From Promethearchaeota archaeon (GTDB lineage Archaea > Asgardarchaeota > Lokiarchaeia > Sigyniarchaeales > SOKP01), in the NCBI GenBank assembly GCA_048939015.1, contig JBHLPW010000006.1:32001-96000 (forward strand): DNA of 64,000 nucleotides, given 5' to 3'. How positions within the stretch are numbered: the first letter of the stretch is position 1; the number at the start of each line of letters is the position of its first letter. The notes under the pieces are model-generated. The model did no database searches and was not told the origin of the DNA. It saw only the letters and a list, made by a program, of their open reading frames with translations. Position numbers and translations under genes: made by a program. Below are positions 1 to 8,655 of this stretch, one piece after another.

Positions 1-2124
1 TTCTTTTGTTATCGTTACCTCTTCAAAAGAGAGATTTCCTAATGTATCATTTGCATAAAAAGTAATGGTTACTGAACCCTCAGATAATACCGCCCACGCT
101 GCCTGGTTAATGGTAGCATTCGTAGTAATTGTATAATTTGTTTCACCGCCATCAAGAGAATACCAGATCGCATCTAAGTTGTCATCTGTTACCTTAATAA
201 TGAAAGCAGGGGCTGTAACGCCGAACTCAGCTCCAGAAGAAGGAGAATCGATTACGATAATTGGTCCTGCTGTATCTTTGAAAATTGTCACGACAGCAGT
301 ACCAATATTTCCGGGTTTATCGGATGCATGAAACATAAGAGTAATAATTCCATCAGATGTAGCATCCCAAGTAGATTGATCGATAGATCCACTAGATCCT
401 GTAAATGTATAGTTATGCATCCCTCCATCAAGTGAGTACCACATTTCGTGAAGATAGGTGTCTGTTATAGTCACATCGTATGCCGGAGCTTCAGTTCCGA
501 ATACATCGCTTGAGCTAGGGGAATTAACCATGATAGATGGTTCTACATCGTCTGCAATTGGTAATAAATCCTTACTCCCTGATGACCCGCTAATATTGTA
601 GGAGATATCGACAATTCCATCCTGTGGACTAACATCTGGACCTGTATGATTATCCCAATAATTACCAATAGTAGTACTATTCCACAAGTTTCCAGTTCCC
701 TCATCATATGCATGTTTTCCATTTCTCAAATAGAAATTTTTAAACATTAAGTTAAAATCGTTCAATCCTAGTATATTCATTCCTATGGCGTTATTAAGTA
801 TGATATTTTCAGTAATTTCTTGGTAATCAGAATCTTGTTCAAAATAAATCCCATTCGAACCGCTATTACAGATGGTATTACCAGTGATGCTATTGTTATT
901 AGCATCATAGAGATACAATCCAACCTCGTTATCATTTATAGTGTTTCCTGATATGGTATTATAATTAGACGTTTCTGTCAAACGTATCCCAATCTGAGAG
1001 TTATTGCTAGCTTGATTTCCTGAAATTGTGTTATTTAAACTTTGTTCTAATGTTATTCCATAAAAATCATTATTAAAAATATTGTTCTCTACAATAGTAT
1101 TGAAATCGCTATAATATAGTTCTATTCCAATATCATTATCATAAAAAACATTATTTCTGATAAAATTATTATCGCATCCATCTTCCAAGAAAATTCCGTT
1201 ATTATTACCACTACCTGTATTTTCATCAATTTTATTATCCTCACTGAAATTTAAATATACTACTGCAACAACATTTCCATCTCCTGTATTTCCTGAAATA
1301 GTATTATTATGTGAGTAATCGAGTTCAATGCCGTTGCTTGTGTTATCGTTCAAAATATTATTTGTGACTGTATTATTATTGCTATACCATATCAGTATTC
1401 CATTGTCGTTATTATTATTGGCTTTGTTTTCATAGATCTCATTAAAATCGCTATTGCTTAATTGTATCCCATTCGAATTACTATAAAAAGTGTTGTTATA
1501 GATGAAGTTATTGTCACTTAGTGATAAGCCAACCCCATATTCGGAATTATATACGGTATTATCATATATTTCAATGGATTCGCTTTGGGAAATATAAATT
1601 GCGCCCATAGTACCATAAATTGTATTTTTAGTAAGAATAATATCCTCACATTGAGTTAACTCGATACCTATAGGCATACCATGAATAAGATTATCATTTA
1701 TTAATCCATTAGTTACATTCACTAAACTTATAGCTGATTCAAAGCCAATTGAAATGAATCCATCCCAAAAAAATGTACAATTTTCAATTATAAAATATAT
1801 ATCTTCTGAATTTTGTATATCAATTCCATCAAAGATTGAATCTATTCCTAATGTGTGCCCTTGAATTATATAAGGATTTTGTAATGTTCCTAAACCGGTG
1901 CACCACTCTTGGTTTTCTGCCCATTCCCAATTATTCCAGCTTCCAGGAAGATTATCAATTGTTATATTTTCATATGTGCCTGAAATTTTAATATTTGTAC
2001 CTATCTCAGTTTGTATAGAAATTTTAGCCTCAAAATAACCTATTGGAACAATCATGAAGCAAATTGCCATAATCAAAATCAATTCAATTATGACGATCTT
2101 CATTTTTCGTAGATTTAGTTTCAT
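1..2124 (-). CDS. NosD/CASH parallel beta-helix repeat surface protein with C-terminal Ig-like domains; 3' end runs off the window
   Basis: Absent from the ORF track because it has no stop inside the window. ATG at 2124 (MKLNLRKMKIVIIELILIMAICF, signal-like) is in frame with position 1 (...LSFEEVTITKE). Paralog of 8656-11130 (NWxWA..WC.G.GT..PY motif, N/I-rich repeats, GNYWDN, WYSLDGG). Confidence 0.85.
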   Translation of the reverse strand, partial: MKLNLRKMKIVIIELILIMAICFMIVPIGYFEAKISIQTEIGTNIKISGTYENITIDNLPGSWNNWEWAENQEWCTGLGTLQNPYIIQGHTLGIDSIFDGIDIQNSEDIYFIIENCTFFWDGFISIGFESAISLVNVTNGLINDNLIHGMPIGIELTQCEDIILTKNTIYGTMGAIYISQSESIEIYDNTVYNSEYGVGLSLSDNNFIYNNTFYSNSNGIQLSNSDFNEIYENKANNNNDNGILIWYSNNNTVTNNILNDNTSNGIELDYSHNNTISGNTGDGNVVAVVYLNFSEDNKIDENTGSGNNNGIFLEDGCDNNFIRNNVFYDNDIGIELYYSDFNTIVENNIFNNDFYGITLEQSLNNTISGNQASNNSQIGIRLTETSNYNTISGNTINDNEVGLYLYDANNNSITGNTICNSGSNGIYFEQDSDYQEITENIILNNAIGMNILGLNDFNLMFKNFYLRNGKHAYDEGTGNLWNSTTIGNYWDNHTGPDVSPQDGIVDISYNISGSSGSKDLLPIADDVEPSIMVNSPSSSDVFGTEAPAYDVTITDTYLHEMWYSLDGGMHNYTFTGSSGSIDQSTWDATSDGIITLMFHASDKPGNIGTAVVTIFKDTAGPIIVIDSPSSGAEFGVTAPAFIIKVTDDNLDAIWYSLDGGETNYTITTNATINQAAWAVLSEGSVTITFYANDTLGNLSFEEVTITKE

Positions 2125-2305
2125 TCTTATAACCTAAATTTAAAAGTATGTAAGCAGATATGCTTCGTTTAATTTAAATGTTGTTGGATTAATGGACTTT
2201 TAAGTAAAGACAAATTTGTACATGGAAAAAGGAAAGTGAAAAAGCTCAGTCCAAGATAAGATTTAAATAAAAGTAGATTTCATTGATAGAAAATTTAAAA
2301 ATAAT

Positions 2306-3874
2306 TTAATTTTTAATTTTATATCGGGCATTCCCATCCATTATGGCTCTATTCAGGATCAAATCGTTTACCTGCATACCAGCAAGTAATGTTGCGAAAA
2401 CACTATGGATGAATTTTGGTTGGAATAATCCTTTAATTGGCGTTCTCATTTTTAAACGAGTTCGTCCAAAGTTATCAGGATAAGGTGCCATATCATATAT
2501 AGCTCCTGAAGGTGAACCTGAGTAACGCGCATACGTTGCTGGCGTAGAGATATCCACAACTTTAATATGCTTTCTTAATTCTGGGATTAAATATTTTTCT
2601 GTTTTCTCAATGAAGAAATCCGCCCATCTTTGTTTTTTTTCATTATATTTCTCTGGATTATTTTCTCTCAATTCCGTCCAATCTTCAATCCCCATCGGTA
2701 CTATTCTCAGAGCAATATTAGGTTTGCCACCGGTGGTTAGAGAAGGGCAGATTACCCCCAGTCGGAATTTATCATCCGAATATCCTATTATACCCTTTTC
2801 CATGTCATCAAATAATCGATCATAGATATCTCCTCCTGTTGTTATTACACTATATCCACAATCTAACCCTAATGCACTTAAATCGATTTGATTGTCAAGC
2901 CCTATACTAACATTCATAGAAGAGGTTGACATCTTAACTGATTCAACTTTTTCTGCATATTTTTTATCCAAATTTCGGATGACTTCTAAATCAACCATCT
3001 CCTTCATAGCAACATTGGGATCCACCGTGGTAACTACTATATCGGAATATATTTCTTTACCATCCTTAAGTCGCACTCCTTTAGCTACTCCATTTTCTAC
3101 AAGAATTTTATCAACTTTAGTATTAAGCATTAATTCTCCTCCTAACTGAAGATATTTTTCTTCAAACTTCTTTGGAAACTCAATAAATCCCCCTTTAGGA
3201 CGGAATGCTCCATCTAATAATGAATTCATGGCAGATATTGGAACTGGTGCAGAAACCCTGTCAGCAGGTAATCCACTAAATTCAGCAAAAATGGTAAAAA
3301 TCTCGATAACATCAGGTTCAGTAATATTGAACTGAGAAAAATACTCACTGAACGTCTTTGAACCGTTTTTCACGATTTTTTTACAAGTGAATAACATCTT
3401 AAGAATTTCTGTAAATTTAGGTTCCAATTTTAACTTAAATAATTCTAAGTACATCGCTCTTGAGTAATCTAAAAAGTTTTCAATCTCAGCAGCATTATTC
3501 GGATATTTTTCCATCAAACTTTGCTTAAAATTTTCAAACCCTGATGGTAATTCAATCGTTTTCACTTCATTGGTTTTAGTATTTACTAAAAATATTCTCA
3601 TGTAATAGCCTTTATATTCCCTAAGATCGATATCAACTTTAAAGAAGTCTAATAACTCAGAAATATTAGGGATCATTTGACACGTATCGAAAATATAACC
3701 TTGTCGTTCATAAGAGGTTACATAACCACCTGTTTTCGGCTCTTTTTCTATAATTAGAACAGGTTCTTTTTTCACGTCATGATACATAGCCCATGTCAAA
3801 CCAGCACTTAAACCGGTAATCCCTCCACCAATTACTATTAATGATTTCTTATCTTTATCAACATTCACAGCCAT
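2306..3874 (-). CDS. Phytoene desaturase-like FAD-dependent oxidoreductase (COG1233 family)
   Basis: N-terminal GGGITGL..G Rossmann motif, EK..GG...S...GY.FD, C-terminal STP.TY.RY.....GAIY motif. Confidence 0.8.
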   Translation of the reverse strand: MAVNVDKDKKSLIVIGGGITGLSAGLTWAMYHDVKKEPVLIIEKEPKTGGYVTSYERQGYIFDTCQMIPNISELLDFFKVDIDLREYKGYYMRIFLVNTKTNEVKTIELPSGFENFKQSLMEKYPNNAAEIENFLDYSRAMYLELFKLKLEPKFTEILKMLFTCKKIVKNGSKTFSEYFSQFNITEPDVIEIFTIFAEFSGLPADRVSAPVPISAMNSLLDGAFRPKGGFIEFPKKFEEKYLQLGGELMLNTKVDKILVENGVAKGVRLKDGKEIYSDIVVTTVDPNVAMKEMVDLEVIRNLDKKYAEKVESVKMSTSSMNVSIGLDNQIDLSALGLDCGYSVITTGGDIYDRLFDDMEKGIIGYSDDKFRLGVICPSLTTGGKPNIALRIVPMGIEDWTELRENNPEKYNEKKQRWADFFIEKTEKYLIPELRKHIKVVDISTPATYARYSGSPSGAIYDMAPYPDNFGRTRLKMRTPIKGLFQPKFIHSVFATLLAGMQVNDLILNRAIMDGNARYKIKN

Positions 3875-4136
3875 ATTTCACACCTATATTAATATTAAAA
3901 TATATTGTGTTATCCTTCTATAAAAGTGTTGTCAGTTTTGTATAGTGAAATTAGTTAGAGAAAAAGCTTTAGATTTCATATTGATATCTCTAAAATTTGT
4001 TTTTATATTATTTGTTAGGATAAACATGTATAGAATACGATAGATCTATTTCTGTTATGATATTATTTTTAAATTATTCTAAGGATTCACTTAAATACTA
4101 TTATTTTCTTTATTATAATGGAAAAGGGGGTGTATT

Positions 4137-4958
4137 ATGTTGAATCAAACCAAATTTAATAAGATTGATAATGAAAGTTTGGAACGAATTTGGAAAATTC
4201 GTGATTACATCCTGGAACTCGAGGATGTAAAAGATGAAATGATTGAATTTATAGGCTCTGATGTTGATATTGATAATGGAACGAGCAATATTTGGGTTTC
4301 AGACGCAAAGGAATTCTATTTTAATACAGTGACCGCGTGGGAAATGCTCCACTTTACTGTGAGGGGAATGAAAAACCATATAGATGATTCTAAAGGTTTT
4401 TTATATCGCGCAAAATCTAAACTAGCACAATCAATTAGTGAATTAAAAATATTTGAGGAAGAAAAAAAACTCACTAAATTGATAATGAAAGCAGAAAAAG
4501 CTTTTGAAAAATGTTGGGATGCTTTTCAAAGCGAGTATAAGTTAATGGAACCAGAGATAAGGATAAAAGGGCCTATTCCACGAGTAATAAAAAAAGCCAA
4601 TGATGAATACCAGCTTCCATGTTTTATTTGTGGTGAAATTGCCGTCGATTATAAAATAGGTATTGGTCAATTTGATAAAGAAAAAAAACTCCTGTATAGA
4701 GGGATTATTTGTGGTACTTCGCTTAATAAAAGATTAGCTGATAATTTGTTTAAGATTTTAGAAAATGAAGATATAGCTGGAGCTCATGAATTTATGAGGA
4801 AATACCATTCATATGAAGGCATTGATGCATACTGTCCAGAGTGCGATAAAATTTATTGTTGGAACCACTACAAATTAGAAGAAGAATGGGAAGAGGGTTT
4901 TTATGATTGTACTTATGGAGAGTGCCCAGAAGGGCATAAAAGAATGATAGATGATTAA
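4137..4958 (+). CDS. Hypothetical protein, helical N-terminus plus Cys/His zinc-binding C-terminus
   Basis: 273-aa ORF with CFIC, CPEC..YCWNH and CPEGH motifs. Confidence 0.65.
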   Translation: MLNQTKFNKIDNESLERIWKIRDYILELEDVKDEMIEFIGSDVDIDNGTSNIWVSDAKEFYFNTVTAWEMLHFTVRGMKNHIDDSKGFLYRAKSKLAQSISELKIFEEEKKLTKLIMKAEKAFEKCWDAFQSEYKLMEPEIRIKGPIPRVIKKANDEYQLPCFICGEIAVDYKIGIGQFDKEKKLLYRGIICGTSLNKRLADNLFKILENEDIAGAHEFMRKYHSYEGIDAYCPECDKIYCWNHYKLEEEWEEGFYDCTYGECPEGHKRMIDD

Positions 4959-4989
4959 GTAATCTTCTTTTCATAAAATTTTTTTTTAA

Positions 4990-5433
4990 TTAAATATAAC
5001 CTAATTTTTTTTGAATCTCTTTTAACATCTGGAACATAAACCGATTAAGAACTTGTCTAGAGGGCCACTCCTCTTCACTCCGAAGATCAAACCAACCTAC
5101 TTCTGATATCTCATACACTTCATTAGCTTCTGGTTCTGGTTCATATCCAGGCTTTGCATTATTTGTTAGTGGTTTACATAAATAAGTCTTATATGAACAG
5201 TAAACGGTATTAGATTGTCCAGCTCTATCTAATAGTAAACGCTCAACGACTATATCGAGATTTGTTTCTTCTTTTATCTCCCTCTTTACACATTCCTCTT
5301 CAGTTTCTCCTTCTTCTCGTCCTCCACCAGGTAACAACCAATATTCAAGTCCATCTTTAAAGTGTCTATGCTTAATCAATAATATTTGGTCATCAAGGAT
5401 TACAGCACCTTGATAACGAGTAGTACGACTCAT
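4990..5433 (-). CDS. NUDIX hydrolase
   Basis: Nudix box GGGREEGETEEECVKREIKEETNL. Confidence 0.9.
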   Translation of the reverse strand: MSRTTRYQGAVILDDQILLIKHRHFKDGLEYWLLPGGGREEGETEEECVKREIKEETNLDIVVERLLLDRAGQSNTVYCSYKTYLCKPLTNNAKPGYEPEPEANEVYEISEVGWFDLRSEEEWPSRQVLNRFMFQMLKEIQKKLGYI

Positions 5434-5577
5434 TATAAATCTACATAAATCTAATAATTAATTTATATTTAATCATATTATATTGCTTTTAATAATCACG
5501 CATATTGATTTAATTAAAAAAGTAAGAGTATTGATAAAATTTAATAATTTAAATTTAATATTACTTCATATTATATT

Positions 5578-5850
5578 ATGTCTGACTCATCTAAAGCGGA
5601 ATCGGCAAATAAAATAAAAGCAGAGTATAACAAGAAATTGAAAAATTTAGAAGCTCAAATAGCAAGATTACATTCAGAATTAAAAAAAATTGATAGTGTC
5701 TTTACTCACGAACCTAAAAGAGTAGATCATCTGAATCTTTCTCAAGCAAAGGTAAAAAGAGCAGAATTAAACTCAATGATTAGCCAGTTAAGAAAAGAAT
5801 TAAAAAAAATCAGTAAAGAAAAAGTTAAAAAACTAAAAAATTTGAAGTAA
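5578..5850 (+). CDS. Small basic coiled-coil hypothetical protein
   Basis: 90-aa ORF, K/E-rich with a heptad pattern. Confidence 0.55.
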   Translation: MSDSSKAESANKIKAEYNKKLKNLEAQIARLHSELKKIDSVFTHEPKRVDHLNLSQAKVKRAELNSMISQLRKELKKISKEKVKKLKNLK

Positions 5851-5910
5851 TATTAGCTTAGTCAATAAGTCTTTTTCTGTTGGTTTTCTAAGCTAAGGTA
5901 ATTATACTAC

Positions 5911-6144
5911 CTAAATTAGCTTTTTCTTCTTCCTGCGGTAAATGATGAAAAATGGCAACCCAATCAATAATAAAGAGCTTGATATACTGCCCATTATAAT
6001 TCCGATATACAACCTAATCAATGGCCCATTGTAAACAATTTCGTCTTGCTCATAAGCAATATAATTTGGAAAGAAATTTCGAAGTAAAATTACTTTTATG
6101 ACCACGAGGAAAATTCCAGTTATTGTTAAAACTAACCCAAACAT
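5911..6144 (-). CDS. Small two-TM membrane protein (possibly truncated by an upstream in-frame TAG)
   Basis: Two hydrophobic segments and a basic tail. The frame continues upstream past TAG 6166-6168 to TTG 6207. Confidence 0.45.
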   Translation of the reverse strand: MFGLVLTITGIFLVVIKVILLRNFFPNYIAYEQDEIVYNGPLIRLYIGIIMGSISSSLLLIGLPFFIIYRRKKKKLI

Positions 6145-6428
6145 GTATTTCTTTCTTATGAAATACTATCCTATTAATTGATCAAGGTCTCGCTCTAATT
6201 CATTCAATTTGATCTTATTAATATTTAAATTAAGTTTATATGGATGCTATTATTGTATAGGCAACAAGTTATAAAAAAGTTTTATTAGAATAATTCAAAT
6301 CCTACTTTTTTCTTTTCTTCCTTAACGTTATATTAAGTATAAATAGGAGTTTATACTACCATAATATTAACGATTTTCACACAAATCACACAAAAGATGA
6401 AAAATTAACCACAGGAAAAATGTAGTAA

Positions 6429-8168
6429 ATGATATTACATGAAAACATTGATAAAACTAAAGTATTAAAACTAAGTATAGTATTTGTACTAGTAATTTTA
6501 ATACTAGGCAACTTACCTACATTTAATTCTCAACTTGATAGGAACCACAAAACGCACTCTAACATCAGAGTGGCATCAGTAAACACTGAGATGGAGTTAT
6601 TTTTAAATGGTGTGGCAAAAAATGATGGGGATTCTATTCAAGCTGAGATTGATGATCTCATTAATGTCACCGTATATTATAGAGATAATATTACAAAAGA
6701 ACACATCCCTAATGCGACAGTAGAATTGGTGGGATGGGGGTTTTTAAATGAAACTAATAATCAATATTATAACATTATGATAAATGCTGCTGATTTAAAT
6801 CAAGGAGTAAATATCTTGACAATCTATGCTCAAAAAAGTGATTATGACCCCCAATCTATTCAGTTTTTAGTTATAATTGTTGAGAGAGCCACAAATCTAC
6901 AATTATTCTTGAATGGTGAGGATAAAACCCTTGATCCTACTTTTAGTCTTACAATTGGCCAAATTCTGAATATAACTGTAAAATATACTGATAATCAAAC
7001 TGGGAATCATATTACTACAGGAATCATTCAAATTATTGGAGAAGGAAGTACCTATAATTTGACTAGAAATGATATTTTGGAACAATATTCTATAATTCTC
7101 GATACTAAAGATTTGGGTATCGGAGTTAAATTATTTTCGATTGTAGCACACGCTAATAATTATCAGATTAAAACAATTGAACTAAGAATCACAGTAAGTC
7201 GAATTATTGCAGAGATAAGAACCTTATCAGGAGTTGCTCAAATTGAGGCTGAAATTGGGGATGAAGTATTACTACAAATAGTATTAAATGATAAAAGTTT
7301 TGGTGGTAATATAACTGGAGCGATTGTTACATATATCTGGGCTTATGGTCAAGGAGAACTTGAAGATCCTGATAATAACGGAATCTATGAGGTTCTTTTG
7401 GAGAATGTACGGGAAGGTTTCCACATTATAACGATAATTGCTTTTGCAGGGGAAGATTATGATTTTGAACCATATGAATTAACTTTGATAGTAATTACCC
7501 CTTCTTCATTCACGCTTATTTCCGATGCAACCATTCCGGATACCGATGGTTCATTTATCCTCATGTGGAATAATTCCATTGGAGCAGATAATTATTCAGT
7601 ATATCAATACGATAAGTATATTACAGAAATTAATGAAAGTGTAATCTCTTTAGCAAATGAAATTACCAATCTTACACTTCCTCTGAGTAATTATACAACA
7701 GGTACTTATTATTTTATAATTATTGCTTATAATAAGGGGAGGAATACTCTATCCAACTGTATTGAGATCAACGTATCGCTTCCTCTTCCAGGTTATTTTA
7801 TGTTATGGTCTAATGCAGACATTCCAGATACCGATGGCTTATTTATCCTCATGTGGAATAGTTCCAATGGAGCGGTTTATTATTCAGTATATCAATATGA
7901 TAGATATATCACAGAAATTAATGGGAGTTTAACCCCTCTAACAGAAGAGATCACCAATTTAAGTATATTTTTAAATAACTATTTGAGTGGAACTTATTAT
8001 TTTATTGTTGTTGCACATGGTGATTACGGAGATACACTTTCAAATTGTATTCTAGTTTCTGTGTTAAGGATAAAAAATGTTCCTCAAATTTCAGGTTACA
8101 ACTTATTCTTCGTAATTGTAATGTTAAGTGTTATTCTATTGATAGGGTTTAAAAAAAAGATAAAATAA
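6429..8168 (+). CDS. Surface protein with Ig-like repeats and Loki-CTERM-like C-terminal sorting signal
   Basis: Signal peptide, repeated T.L.LFLNG domains, two ~96-aa PDTDG.F.L.W repeats, and a C-terminal ISGY-hydrophobic helix-KKKIK tail. Confidence 0.8.
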   Translation: MILHENIDKTKVLKLSIVFVLVILILGNLPTFNSQLDRNHKTHSNIRVASVNTEMELFLNGVAKNDGDSIQAEIDDLINVTVYYRDNITKEHIPNATVELVGWGFLNETNNQYYNIMINAADLNQGVNILTIYAQKSDYDPQSIQFLVIIVERATNLQLFLNGEDKTLDPTFSLTIGQILNITVKYTDNQTGNHITTGIIQIIGEGSTYNLTRNDILEQYSIILDTKDLGIGVKLFSIVAHANNYQIKTIELRITVSRIIAEIRTLSGVAQIEAEIGDEVLLQIVLNDKSFGGNITGAIVTYIWAYGQGELEDPDNNGIYEVLLENVREGFHIITIIAFAGEDYDFEPYELTLIVITPSSFTLISDATIPDTDGSFILMWNNSIGADNYSVYQYDKYITEINESVISLANEITNLTLPLSNYTTGTYYFIIIAYNKGRNTLSNCIEINVSLPLPGYFMLWSNADIPDTDGLFILMWNSSNGAVYYSVYQYDRYITEINGSLTPLTEEITNLSIFLNNYLSGTYYFIVVAHGDYGDTLSNCILVSVLRIKNVPQISGYNLFFVIVMLSVILLIGFKKKIK

Positions 8169-8317
8169 AATATTAAACTTAATAAGTATTCTATTTAGAA
8201 AATTATCTCTCTTGTAAAAAGAGATTAAATCTCATATTACCAGTAAAAAGAATTATCTTCTATAAAAAAGGAGAATCAAGTTCTTATACAATAAGAACGA
8301 ATAAAATCCCTTAATTT

Positions 8318-8567
8318 TTATTCTGGTATAATAATCGAGTGATCTTCTTTAATGCGATCTAAAACAATCTCAGTTTTAACTTCCTCAACTCCAGGAAGGT
8401 TGCGAAGTGTTTCTATAAGACCCATGGAGTCTGAATGATCTAGACATTTTGCCATAATGAACAAGGGATATTCTCCAGTGACCACATAAGCATATTTGAT
8501 TTTTTCCATCTTTTCAATCTCGTTTTTAACATCCTCTAAGGGATTTGTTGCATTTACTCTCAGTGAT
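8318..8567 (-). pseudogene. 5'-truncated copy of the 3' part of the Lrp/AsnC gene (ligand-binding domain only); direct repeat of 11416-11665
   Basis: 250 bp match 11416-11665 at offset 3098. By-eye count is 14 mismatches, all at third codon positions. The HTH is absent and an in-frame TAG lies just upstream. Confidence 0.85.
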
Positions 8568-8655
8568 CCTATTACTTTTATAAATATCTACCACAAATTT
8601 ATACTATATTGATAATTCTTAAATCCAAAAAAAAGAATAAGATTTAAATTAGAAT

